DNA of 44,321 nucleotides from Bacteroidota bacterium (GTDB lineage Bacteria > Bacteroidota > Bacteroidia > Bacteroidales > FEN-979). The notes under the pieces are model-generated. The model was not told where the DNA came from. It did not search any database and worked only from the letters and a program-made list of their open reading frames with translations. The DNA lies in NCBI GenBank assembly GCA_026391755.1, contig JAPLDN010000273.1, forward strand, positions 1-44,321, in the 5' to 3' direction. The position numbers were made by a program, and so were the translations under genes. Positions 17,916 to 26,940 of the stretch are shown piece after piece. The number at the start of each line of letters is the position of its first letter. Position 1 is the first letter of the stretch.

Positions 17916-18791
17916 ATGGAATATGTGACTATTGTTTTAGATTATCTTGGGAAAGTCCTAATGGCCTCTGCATACCAAATACTGGCTATTTTCGGTTTTC
18001 TGTTCCTATTTGGCATCATCTTATATTTCGTTTCACGGTCGACAAGAAAGGCTTTTGCCAATTCCAATAATCCAAAACTGGATATTTATTTTACAGGTTG
18101 GCTGGGGACACCGGTACATGAATCAGGCCATGCCTTTTTCTGTTTGTTGTTCGGGCACAGGATCACCGAGATCAGGTTCTTCAAGCCCAACAGCCTGGAT
18201 GGCTCGCTTGGTTATGTGAACCATAGTTATAACCGGGGCAATTTTTACCAGAAGGCTGGGAATTTATTCATAGGGGCAGGCCCGATAATTTTCGGTTCTT
18301 TACTGCTCTGCCTTTTAATGTTTTTACTGCTTCCAAACTTTAATGAGATAAGGGAAACTATTTCAAACGAACATCTTTCAAATAAAGGCTTTTTTGAGAT
18401 GACGGCAGATTTCGGTTCCACGCTCTCATTCGGACTTGCCCTGACAGGGGAAGTGTTTGCATTAAATAATTTCGGATCAATTTCATTCTGGGTATTCTTC
18501 ATACTGGCCTTTTGCATTTCATCACATATGCAATTAAGTCCGCCCGACATAAAAAACATGCTCACCGGTCTGGTACCCATCGCCATTCTGTTTGTAATTT
18601 TCAATGCCATCACTATACTGCTGGGGTTTGATCTTACGGGTTTCATACTTCATTTCAGCCGCTATACCGGAATACTGTCAGGAGTTTTCATGATAGCCCT
18701 GGTCATTTCACTTATTAATTTTTTATTGTCCTATCTGATACTATCCCTGTTCTATTGCCCGAAGTATAAAAGAATGTTATCGATCTTTTAA
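17916..18791 (+). CDS. Polytopic membrane protein with an HExxH motif (putative membrane zinc metallopeptidase, DUF3267-like)
   Basis: HESGHAF follows the first TM helix, and there are 6 or more TM segments. The start is ambiguous: TTG 17895, ATG 17916, or a later ATG. Confidence 0.55.
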   Translation: MEYVTIVLDYLGKVLMASAYQILAIFGFLFLFGIILYFVSRSTRKAFANSNNPKLDIYFTGWLGTPVHESGHAFFCLLFGHRITEIRFFKPNSLDGSLGYVNHSYNRGNFYQKAGNLFIGAGPIIFGSLLLCLLMFLLLPNFNEIRETISNEHLSNKGFFEMTADFGSTLSFGLALTGEVFALNNFGSISFWVFFILAFCISSHMQLSPPDIKNMLTGLVPIAILFVIFNAITILLGFDLTGFILHFSRYTGILSGVFMIALVISLINFLLSYLILSLFYCPKYKRMLSIF

Positions 18792-18813
18792 TCATTTTTT
18801 TACCCCTTGCACT

Positions 18814-19529
18814 ATGGCAAGACTAGTACTTATAATCCTGTTATTCATGAATCTAATTCAATCGTTTACCCGGATTCCATCTTCTCCCCGATCAATAGAT
18901 GCAGTAAACCGTCAACAGGAACAACTGCTGAAATTGGCTAATTCAATGGGACTAAAGTCCGACAGCGAGGTTTTTCTCAGGATCTTCAAAGAATTAAAGG
19001 AGCTGGAAGTCTGGATTAAAAAAGACAAGCAATATGTTCTCTTTAAGATATACCCAATCTGCTATGTTTCCGGCACCCTGGGCACCAAGACCAGGGTCGG
19101 CGACAACCAGGCGCCTGAGGGCTTCTATGAGATCCGGCCGTCATCAATGAACCCGGCAAGCAACTATCACCTGGCCTTCAATATCGGCTACCCCAACGCC
19201 TACGAAAAGGCGAAGAAATATACAGGCAGCGAGATCATGTGCACGGCGACTGTGTTTCTATCGGATGCTATGCCATGGGCAATGAAAACATCGAAGAGAT
19301 ATGGACCCTCATGGTCAAAGCATTTGAAAAAGGCCAGGATGTAATCAGCCTGCAGATATTCCCTTTCCGGATGACTGATCAGAACCTGAAAAGCCATCCG
19401 CAGTCAACATTCCATGAATTCTGGCTGAATCTTAAGGAGGGTTATGATTACTTTGAAACCCACAAAACGCCTCCAGTCGTGACCGTGAGAGAAGGCAGGT
19501 ATTGTGCGGGGTTGAAACAAAACAATTAA
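18814..19529 (+). pseudogene. YkuD/YafK-type L,D-transpeptidase interrupted by a 1-nt frameshift
   Basis: Frame 1 (18814-19344) encodes the N-terminal part (..GDNQAPEGFYEI..YPNAYEK..GSEIM). The catalytic motif VHGDCVSIGC continues in the next frame from 19239 (ORF 19239-19529). The sequence atcatgtgcacggc looks like atcatgGtgcacggc with one base missing. Confidence 0.7.
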
Positions 19530-19674
19530 AAAGGGCGGTTCGAAGAAACATTAAAAGGTTCCCTTTAGATTTCATGTTTGAACTGAATGTCAGCGAAACA
19601 ACCAAATGGAGGTACCAATTTGGCACTTCCAATCGTGAGAAAATGGGATTACGCATCAAATGATCATCGCGTGT

Positions 19675-20094
19675 TCACGATTTCATCTTAAACACCATCG
19701 CATACAGCTTCATCTGCTTGACCATGGAGGCGAGGCCGTTGGAGCGGGTTGGGGATAAATGTTCATTCAAACCGATGCGATTAATGAAGTTCAGGTCTGC
19801 GGACTGGATCGCGTCGGGGGTCTGGCCTGATAACACACTCACAAGCATGCTAACAATGCCTTTGGTGATGATGGCGTCGCTGTCGGCAGTGAAATATACT
19901 TTGCCGTCGCGGTATTCGGCGTGAAGCCATACCTTGCTCTGGCAGCCGGAAATAATAAACTGGTCGGTCTTGTATTTGGGATCTATGGGCGGAAGTGATT
20001 TCCCCATGTCGAGAATAAGGTCGTATTTGTCGAGCCAGTCGTCGAGGGCGGTGAATTCATCGACGATCTGAGATTCAATTTCCTGGATTGTCAT
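19675..20094 (-). CDS. sufE: SufE-family cysteine desulfuration (sulfur acceptor) protein
   Basis: 139 aa with the active-site context ISGCQSKVWL. It is the last gene of the suf cluster. Confidence 0.85.
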   Translation of the reverse strand: MTIQEIESQIVDEFTALDDWLDKYDLILDMGKSLPPIDPKYKTDQFIISGCQSKVWLHAEYRDGKVYFTADSDAIITKGIVSMLVSVLSGQTPDAIQSADLNFINRIGLNEHLSPTRSNGLASMVKQMKLYAMVFKMKS

Positions 20095-20110
20095 ATTTGT
20101 TTTGTTATTT

Positions 20111-20183
20111 CACTCGCATCTTCACACCGCCGCTGGGGTTTGCTGCGCTGCACCCAAGGCGGCTTGTGTGAAATGCTTCGCTC
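20111..20183. repeat. REP-like imperfect hairpin element, copy 1
   Basis: The sequence cactcgcatcttcacaccgccgctggggtttgctgcgctgcacccaaggcggcttgtgtgaaatgcttcgctc aligns end to end with 26863-26934. Its stems are GCAT.TTCACAC/GTGTGAA.ATGC and GCCGC/GCGGC. Confidence 0.8.
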
Positions 20184-20189
20184 ATAATA

Positions 20190-21410
20190 TCAACTGAACA
20201 TAGTCTTCACCCTACTAACCGCATCGGTAAGTTTGTCGATTTCTTCTATAGTATTATAAAATGCAAAGGAGGCACGCACTGTTCCGGGTATGCCAAAATG
20301 ATCAATCAGTGGTTGGGCGCAGTGATGCCCGGTCCTTACCGCTATCCCCATTTTATCAATAATGGTCCCGGCATCGAAGGGATGGATGTCGCCTATCAGA
20401 AACGAGACCAGGCTGGCTTTCAACAGGGCAGTCCCGAAAAACCTCATATCACGTATTGCTGAAAGCCTCTCAACCGCATGCTTCAGCAGTTTGTCCTCGT
20501 ACGCATGGATTTCTTCCATGCCCAGGTTCTTCAGATACTGCACTGCAGCCCTGAGGCCCATCACGCCTTCTACATTCGGGGTCCCGGCTTCAAACTTGAA
20601 CGGTAGCTCATTATAGGTCGTTTTTTCAATGGTCACATCTTTCACCATCTCTCCCCCGCTCTGGTATGGGGGCAGCTCTTCCAGCCACTTCTCTTTGCCA
20701 TAAAGGACTCCGATTCCCATGGGTCCATACATCTTATGCCCCGAAAAACAATAGAAGTCGCAATCAAGATCGGTCACGTCGACTTTTATATGGGATACCC
20801 CCTGGGCGCCGTCGACCACTACGGGAATGCCTTTCCCATGAGCAAAAGCAATTATATCTTTAATGGGGTTTATTGTTCCAAGTACATTGGAAACATGGGT
20901 GAGTGCGATGATCTTCGTACGGTCGGTAATCAATGAATACAGATGTTCCTGGTCAAGTTCCCCGTTGGGTAGAATATTGGCAACCCTCAGAACTGCTCCC
21001 TTTTCCCCGCAGATGATCTGCCAGGGAACGAAATTGGAATGATGTTCCATGATGGTCGTAATGACCTCATCGCCTTCTTTTAAAAACTTCTTTCCAAAGG
21101 AAGCTGCTACCAGGTTAAGCGATTCGGAAGCTCCTTTGGTAAATATGACTTCATGGGTGGAAGGGGCGTTGATGAATTCCCTGACCTCTTTACGGGCTTC
21201 TTCGAATGCCTCAGTGGCTTTCACGCTCAGGTAATGAACACCTCTGTGAATATTGCAGTTGTCATGCAGGTAATAATCACTGATTGCATTTATAACCTGC
21301 AATGGCTTCTGGGTAGTGGCCGCATTGTCGAAATAGATCAGCGGCCTCTTGTAAATAGCCTGGGAGAGGATGGGGAAGTCGGCGCGGACCTGTTGGATAT
21401 CGAAAGACAT
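20190..21410 (-). CDS. sufS: Cysteine desulfurase, SufS subfamily
   Basis: 406 aa with the PLP lysine context FSGHKMYGP and the active-site cysteine context RTGHHCAQP. Confidence 0.93.
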   Translation of the reverse strand: MSFDIQQVRADFPILSQAIYKRPLIYFDNAATTQKPLQVINAISDYYLHDNCNIHRGVHYLSVKATEAFEEARKEVREFINAPSTHEVIFTKGASESLNLVAASFGKKFLKEGDEVITTIMEHHSNFVPWQIICGEKGAVLRVANILPNGELDQEHLYSLITDRTKIIALTHVSNVLGTINPIKDIIAFAHGKGIPVVVDGAQGVSHIKVDVTDLDCDFYCFSGHKMYGPMGIGVLYGKEKWLEELPPYQSGGEMVKDVTIEKTTYNELPFKFEAGTPNVEGVMGLRAAVQYLKNLGMEEIHAYEDKLLKHAVERLSAIRDMRFFGTALLKASLVSFLIGDIHPFDAGTIIDKMGIAVRTGHHCAQPLIDHFGIPGTVRASFAFYNTIEEIDKLTDAVSRVKTMFS

Positions 21411-21449
21411 TTGTAGGTTTTATAATCATTAATACCCTGAATTCGCAAA

Positions 21450-21563
21450 TTTACGAAGTACGATTTACGATTTACGAAGAATTTGAAATCGTCATTCGTA
21501 ATTATTCGCATTATTGTTAATTTTATTGGTGCTCATTTCGGATTCGCCGAACGTCATTCGTAA
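21450..21563. repeat. Heptamer array (tttacga agtacga tttacga tttacga) with inverted partners, plus a 12-nt direct repeat cgtcattcgtaa x2
   Basis: The array is at 21450-21477. ACGATTT pairs with AAATCGT (21486-21492), and TTACGAA (21472-21478) pairs with TTCGTAA (21496-21502). The direct repeat cgtcattcgtaa occurs at 21490-21501 and 21552-21563. Confidence 0.7.
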
Positions 21564-21570
21564 ATCATTT

Positions 21571-22980
21571 TCAGATTTTTGTCATATCAATCACAAATTC
21601 CACCGGCTGCTCGGGGGTGTTGCAATGAAGCACGCAGGCTTCGCAGATCTGCAGCTCGCCCTGTAGGCGCTTCTTTACCATATCCTCGATACGATACCTC
21701 AGCGGGTCAATGGCGATTCTACTGATCACCTCATCGGCATATGCATACATTAGAAGCATACGGGCACTGTCCTCCCCTATCCCGCGCTGCCTCAGGTAAT
21801 ACATGGCATCCTGGTCAAGCTGGCCGGTTGTGGACCCATGTGAACATTTTACATCGTCGTTGTATATTTCCAGGAAAGGTTTGGAGTTCACTTTAGCGGT
21901 TTCGGTAAGCAGGATATTCCTGTTGCTCTGGTAGGCATTAGTCCGCACAGCATTGCGCTCAACTAAAACATGGCCATTGAAAACCCCGCTGGAATGCTCA
22001 TCCAGAATTCCTTTGAATAGTTCCCCGCTGATGCAATCGGGGAAGGCATGGTCGACAAACACCTGGTTGTCGATATGCTGCTTGCTGTCCATCAGGTAGA
22101 TCCCGTATATCTTAGCATCTCCGTGAGGACCGTTGAACCGCAGCCTGATATTGTTCCTAAGCAATCCGCCGTTCAAAGAAATATAATGCGACTCCAGTTG
22201 TGCCGAGGCTTCCATCTGGAAATACACAGAGCTGATCAGGGTGGAAGCATTATTCAGGTTCTGCAGCTTGTAATGATCAAGGGAGGAATATTCTCCTAGA
22301 CAGATCTCGGTCACCACATTTGAGAAGGAGGGCTGGTGGTTGTATGAATCGTCGCAATGGACCAGTGAAAGCCTGCTGTTCTTACCTAAAACAACCAGGT
22401 TGCGCGACTGCAGGAAAAGGTTTTGATCATGGTGGATCACGTTGATGATCTGCACCGGCTTGGGGCTTTTCACATTTTCGGGGACATAGATGAACACCCC
22501 GTCCATAAAGAAGGCCGTATTTAAGGCGGTGAAAGAGTCTGTATTGAAATCCGCGTATTTGCCAAGGTGTGCTTCTATCAGGGCCGGATATTTTTTCATG
22601 GCCTCTGCCAGACTGCCCATGATAATGCCGTTCCCGAGCTCCATCAAAGGCACGTCTTTAGACACATACCAGCCGTTAAGCTGACCCATGATGGCTGTAT
22701 CGAGATGCGGGATGTTGCAGCGGAAGACTTTTTGTACATCCACTCCCTGCTCGGGCTTCAGAACAAAATTGTATTCCTTCCCAAAACTTTCCTTAAGGTC
22801 CGTATTTTTCCAGGCCTCCAGCTTAATGGTTGGAAATCCCAATTCTTCAAAACGGCGGATGGCATTATCGCGCTGAACCGTGAGCGAAGGGTAATCACCG
22901 GCCGTAATCGCAGCCCTGTGTTCCCTGAAAAGGCCCGGAAAAAGTTCTTTTGTAATATTTTGTTTTATAACATCCTGCAT
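21571..22980 (-). CDS. sufD: Fe-S cluster assembly protein SufD
   Basis: 469 aa in operon position between sufC and sufS. It has the conserved C-terminal core ..NDDVKCSHGSTTGQLDQDAMYYLRQRGI... Confidence 0.9.
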   Translation of the reverse strand: MQDVIKQNITKELFPGLFREHRAAITAGDYPSLTVQRDNAIRRFEELGFPTIKLEAWKNTDLKESFGKEYNFVLKPEQGVDVQKVFRCNIPHLDTAIMGQLNGWYVSKDVPLMELGNGIIMGSLAEAMKKYPALIEAHLGKYADFNTDSFTALNTAFFMDGVFIYVPENVKSPKPVQIINVIHHDQNLFLQSRNLVVLGKNSRLSLVHCDDSYNHQPSFSNVVTEICLGEYSSLDHYKLQNLNNASTLISSVYFQMEASAQLESHYISLNGGLLRNNIRLRFNGPHGDAKIYGIYLMDSKQHIDNQVFVDHAFPDCISGELFKGILDEHSSGVFNGHVLVERNAVRTNAYQSNRNILLTETAKVNSKPFLEIYNDDVKCSHGSTTGQLDQDAMYYLRQRGIGEDSARMLLMYAYADEVISRIAIDPLRYRIEDMVKKRLQGELQICEACVLHCNTPEQPVEFVIDMTKI

Positions 22981-22983
22981 CCT

Positions 22984-23031
22984 TTATCCAGTTATCCAGT
23001 TATCCAGCTATCCAGCTATCCCGTTATCCCG
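22984..23031. repeat. Octamer tandem array, 6 units of YTATCCMG (ttatccag x3, ctatccag, ctatcccg, ttatcccg)
   Basis: It fills the whole 27-nt sufC-sufD spacer, contains the sufC stop (23008-23010), and ends 3 nt from the sufD ATG. Confidence 0.85.
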
Positions 23032-23778
23032 TTGTTCCTTCCTGATCCAGTCATACCCTTTTTCCTCGAGTTCCAGGGCGAGTTCTTTGGATCCGGATTT
23101 TACGATCTTCCCTTCGAACAACACATGCACGAAATCAGGGATTATATAATCTAAAAGCCTTTGATAATGTGTGATCACCATGAAAGCATTGTCCTTCGTA
23201 CGGAGTTTGTTCACCCCATTTGCCACAACGCGTAAAGCATCGATGTCGAGTCCCGAATCGGTTTCGTCAAGAATTGCCAGTGTAGGTTCCAGCATGGCCA
23301 TCTGGAAGATCTCGTTCTTCTTTTTCTCACCTCCCGAAAACCCTTCGTTCACCGAACGGTTCGCCAGGTTGGAAGTGAGTTCGACAAGCTTTTTCTTTTC
23401 TTCCATAAGTTTCAGGAAAGCCCCGCCTCCCAAAGGATCCAGCCCCTTAAACTTCCTTACCTCGTTAACGGCTGTGCGCATGAAATTTGTGATGCTCACG
23501 CCGGGAATCTCAACAGGGTACTGAAATCCCAGGAAAATGCCTTCCCTGGCCCTTTCTTCGACAGCCAGTTTCAGCAGGTTCCTGCCCTTATAAATGACCT
23601 CTCCCGAAGTAACATCAAACACTTCCCGGCCTGCAATCACCGAGGCAAGCGTGCTTTTCCCCGTTCCGTTCGGCCCCATAATTGCATGCACTTCCCCCTG
23701 GTTTACATCCAGGTCTATCCCTTTCAGAATTTCCTTTCCATTGATGGAAGCGTGCAGGTTTTTGATAGATAGTAGCAT
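23008..23778 (-). CDS. sufC: Fe-S cluster assembly ATPase SufC
   Basis: 256 aa with Walker A GPNGTGKST, the ABC signature FSGGEKKK and Walker B LAILDE. The last ~7 residues (RDNGIAG) are repeat-encoded. Confidence 0.95.
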   Translation of the reverse strand: MLLSIKNLHASINGKEILKGIDLDVNQGEVHAIMGPNGTGKSTLASVIAGREVFDVTSGEVIYKGRNLLKLAVEERAREGIFLGFQYPVEIPGVSITNFMRTAVNEVRKFKGLDPLGGGAFLKLMEEKKKLVELTSNLANRSVNEGFSGGEKKKNEIFQMAMLEPTLAILDETDSGLDIDALRVVANGVNKLRTKDNAFMVITHYQRLLDYIIPDFVHVLFEGKIVKSGSKELALELEEKGYDWIRKEQRDNGIAG

Positions 23779-23800
23779 TCTTTTTAAGTTTATTTAACTT

Positions 23801-23868
23801 CTGATAAATGGATAGCTTGATATCTGGATATCCAGTTATCGGCAGCGCACAGCGCTGCCTTATCCAAC
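23801..23868. repeat. Octamer array (NNGATANN x5, palindromic centre GGATATCC) with an embedded perfect GC hairpin
   Basis: The units read ctgataaa tggatagc ttgatatc tggatatc cagttatc. The hairpin GGCAGCGC-aca-GCGCTGCC (23841-23859) directly abuts the sufB stop (23860-23862). Confidence 0.75.
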
Positions 23869-25308
23869 ACTCCCCTCCAGACTTATCGACAACAACTTCT
23901 GAGCTTCCACTGCAAACTCCATGGGAAGCTGCTTCAGCACTTCTTTGGCATAACCGTTTACGATAAGGCCAATAGCGCTTTCGGCATCCATTCCCCTTTG
24001 CTGACAATAAAAAAGCTGGTCCTCGCTGATCTTTGAAGTTGTGGCTTCATGCTCAACGATACTCGATTTATTTTCAACCTGGATATACGGCCAGGTATGC
24101 GCCCCGCAGGCCGAACCCAGCAGCAGGGAATCGCATTGACTGTAATTCCTCGAATTGGCGGCATTCCTGGAGATCCTCACCAGTCCGCGGTATGAGTTAT
24201 TGCTTTTCCCTGCTGATATCCCTTTGGAGATGATCGTGCTTTTCGTATTCTTGCCAAGGTGCAGCATCTTGGTCCCGGTATCGGCCTGCTGGTGGTTGTT
24301 CGTCACTGCAACAGAATAAAACTCTCCTACGCTGTTATCTCCTAGAAGTATACAGGAAGGGTATTTCCATGTGATCGCCGACCCGGTCTCAACCTGGGTC
24401 CATGATATCTTTGAATTGCTGCCTTTACAGATCCCGCGCTTGGTCACAAAATTATAAATCCCGCCTTTCCCACTCTTATCTCCCGGGTACCAGTTCTGGA
24501 CAGTGGAATATTTGACGCTTGCGTCTTTCATGGCCACGATTTCAACAACCGCGGCATGAAGCTGGTTCTCATCCCGCTGGGGAGCCGTGCAGCCTTCCAT
24601 ATAGCTGACATAAGCGCCCTCGTCTGCAACGATGAGGGTACGTTCGAACTGCCCGGTGTTTGCTGCATTGATCCTGAAATAAGTGGACAGCTCAACCGGG
24701 CAGCGAACACCTTTTGGGATATAACAAAACGAGCCGTCGCTGAAAACAGCCGAATTCAAAGAAGCATAATAATTATCAGTATATGGCACGACCGAACCCA
24801 GGTACTGCTTTACAAGATCAGGGTGATTTTGTATCGCTTCGCTCATCGAGCAAAAGATGATCCCGTATTTTGAAAGGGTTTCCGAAAAAGTGGTCTTCAC
24901 CGAAACACTGTCGATTACCGCATCAACGGCCACACCGGCCAGCTTTTTCTGCTCTTCCAGCGAGATCCCGAGTTTGTCGAAAGTTGCCAGTAACTCAGGA
25001 TCCACCTGGTCAAGACTCTCGTATTGTTTCTTCTTCTTGGGCGCAGCGTAAAAATAAATGTCCTGGAAATCTATGGGAGGAATGTCTAGATGAGCCCATT
25101 CAGGTACTTTCATGGTAAGCCAGTGCCTGAAGGCCTTCAAACGGTATTCAAGCATGAATTCAGGCTCGTTCTTTTTTAAGGAAATGTAACGAACCGTATC
25201 CTCGCTCAATCCAATGGGAGCATATTCAGTCTCTATCTCGGTCACAAAGCCGTATTTGTAGTCGCTTTGTGTAACCTCGTTTATGATATTATCAGGATCG
25301 GATTCCAT
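23860..25308 (-). CDS. sufB: Fe-S cluster assembly scaffold SufB
   Basis: The 482 aa starting at [26 protein letters not shown] match a canonical SufB N-terminus. The track ORF (to 25575) adds 89 residues that run through the promoter region and a heptamer array, and I reject that extension. Confidence 0.93.
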   Translation of the reverse strand: MESDPDNIINEVTQSDYKYGFVTEIETEYAPIGLSEDTVRYISLKKNEPEFMLEYRLKAFRHWLTMKVPEWAHLDIPPIDFQDIYFYAAPKKKKQYESLDQVDPELLATFDKLGISLEEQKKLAGVAVDAVIDSVSVKTTFSETLSKYGIIFCSMSEAIQNHPDLVKQYLGSVVPYTDNYYASLNSAVFSDGSFCYIPKGVRCPVELSTYFRINAANTGQFERTLIVADEGAYVSYMEGCTAPQRDENQLHAAVVEIVAMKDASVKYSTVQNWYPGDKSGKGGIYNFVTKRGICKGSNSKISWTQVETGSAITWKYPSCILLGDNSVGEFYSVAVTNNHQQADTGTKMLHLGKNTKSTIISKGISAGKSNNSYRGLVRISRNAANSRNYSQCDSLLLGSACGAHTWPYIQVENKSSIVEHEATTSKISEDQLFYCQQRGMDAESAIGLIVNGYAKEVLKQLPMEFAVEAQKLLSISLEGSVG

Positions 25309-25369
25309 AATGACCAATTGTCCCTGCAAAGATAAATCATTTAGGTATTCGAGTACCTGTTTGGTAACG

Positions 25370-25400
25370 CAAATTTTTTCTATCCGGGGATCTGAAACAA
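25370..25400 (-). promoter_or_regulatory. Candidate Bacteroidota sigma-A promoter for sufB (-33 TTTG / -7 AAAATTTG)
   Basis: On the minus strand, TTTG (25397-25400) is followed after 19 nt by aaaatttg (25370-25377). This resembles the TTTG-N19-TAnnTTTG consensus and lies about 60 nt upstream of the ATG. It rests on the motif match only. Confidence 0.3.
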
Positions 25401-25488
25401 AAGTAGGAAAAAATCGTATGCCGATGCCGTTCCAAACAAGAATCGACATGCCGGCTGAGCGGGATTCATGCATTTTAACCTGAGCAGT

Positions 25489-25544
<56 letters not shown>

Positions 25545-25580
25545 TAACATTCTTTATATTTACCTGATAATTCAAACTTT

Positions 25581-26801
25581 ATGGCAAACGAAGACTTCCG
25601 GATTTACAGGTACCGATGGGTAATCCTGGTATTGTTTATGTGCGTTGTGGCTGTAAACCAGTTGCTTTGGATCACATTTGCACCAATTACATGCAGTGCT
25701 GCAAAATTTTACATGGTCTCCGATCTCTGGATCGGGTTATTGTCCATGGTTTTCATGTTCGTATATATTTTCGTTTCCATCCCTGCTTCCTGGGTAATTG
25801 ATACATACGGAATTCGTGTTGCGGTAGGGATAGGAGCAGTATTAACAGGGGTTTTCGGACTGATCCGTGGCATTATGGCCGACAATTTCACATGGGTGTT
25901 CATTGCACAAACCGGGATTGCCTTTGGCCAGCCATTTCTGTTGAATGCTATGACCACTATTGCCGCACGCTGGTTCCCGATAAGGGAGCGTGCAATGGCC
26001 TCCGGTTTGGGCTCCCTTGCAATGTACCTGGGTATTGTCATCGGTATGGTGCTAACCCCTCATATGGTGATCCGCAGCGGTATGGATGGGATGCTGGTCA
26101 ATTACGGGATCATCTCAATAGCAGCGGCGGTGTTATTCCTTGTCCTTGCCCGGGAACGGCCACCCACACCTGCCTGTCAGCCGGGCCAGGAAGAACGCTC
26201 CCTGGTATTTGAAGGACTTAAAACCATGCTCCGTAATAAGAATTATATCCTGCTTCTTATCATTTTCTTTTTTGGCCTCGGGGTGTTCAATGCCGTTGCC
26301 ACCTGGATCGAAGAGATCGTGAGGCCAAGAGGGTTCACGATTACCCAGGCCGGAATGGCCGGGGGATTAATGATCTTCGGAGGCCTGGCCGGCGCAGTGG
26401 TTATTTCATGGCTTTCCGATCATTACCGCAGGAGGGTTCCATTTATCCTGCTGGCCTTATCCGCCTCCTGCCTGGGGCTGCTCGGTATCACCTTTGCCAC
26501 AACCTATTCCCTGCTGTTGTTTTCCTCTTTCGTCATAGGATTTTTTCTTCTGAGCGCCGGCCCTGTAGGATTCCAGTATGGGGCAGAAATTGCCTATCCC
26601 GCACCGGAGGGTACTTCAAACTGGTTGCTGCTTCTCATGGGACAGATCTCCGGGATCATTTTCATTTTTGGAATGGATGCGCTCAAAGCAGCAGGTAACG
26701 GGTCAATGACCACATCATTGCTCATACTTACCGGTTTGCTGCTGATTTCCTGCCTGATCGCGGTAAGGCTGAAGGAATCGTCTATGCTTACGAAACCATG
26801 A
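25581..26801 (+). CDS. MFS transporter
   Basis: 406 aa with 12 predicted TM helices and an MFS loop 2-3 motif-like segment (..DTYGIRVAV..). Confidence 0.85.
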   Translation: MANEDFRIYRYRWVILVLFMCVVAVNQLLWITFAPITCSAAKFYMVSDLWIGLLSMVFMFVYIFVSIPASWVIDTYGIRVAVGIGAVLTGVFGLIRGIMADNFTWVFIAQTGIAFGQPFLLNAMTTIAARWFPIRERAMASGLGSLAMYLGIVIGMVLTPHMVIRSGMDGMLVNYGIISIAAAVLFLVLARERPPTPACQPGQEERSLVFEGLKTMLRNKNYILLLIIFFFGLGVFNAVATWIEEIVRPRGFTITQAGMAGGLMIFGGLAGAVVISWLSDHYRRRVPFILLALSASCLGLLGITFATTYSLLLFSSFVIGFFLLSAGPVGFQYGAEIAYPAPEGTSNWLLLLMGQISGIIFIFGMDALKAAGNGSMTTSLLILTGLLLISCLIAVRLKESSMLTKP

Positions 26802-26836
26802 TGGCCTCATGTATACGCAACGTCGCTGCGCCTTAT

Positions 26837-26934
26837 CGCTCGCAATCTTGCACCGCGGCATCCGCTCGCAATCTTGCACCGCGGCTGGGGTTTGCTTCGC
26901 TGCACCCAAGGCCGCTTGTGCAAATTGCTTCGCT
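26837..26934. repeat. REP-like hairpin element, copy 2, with a tandemly duplicated 5-prime arm
   Basis: The 23-nt sequence cgctcgcaatcttgcaccgcggc occurs at 26837-26859 and again at 26863-26885. The second copy continues into the full hairpin homologous to 20111-20183. Confidence 0.8.
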
Positions 26935-26940
26935 TTTTTT
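26863..26940 (+). terminator. Probable intrinsic terminator of the MFS gene (long REP-type hairpin plus T7)
   Basis: The hairpin arms are GCAATCTTGCACCGCGGCTGGGGT and ACCCAAGGCCGCTTGTGCAAATTGC. They are followed by cttcgc and then TTTTTTT (26934-26940). Confidence 0.5.

Noticed and set aside
19537-19544. GGTTCGAA, which resembles a tRNA T-arm core, in the ldt-sufE spacer.
   Set aside because: There is no complementary T-stem, acceptor stem or anticodon arm around it, so it is not a tRNA.
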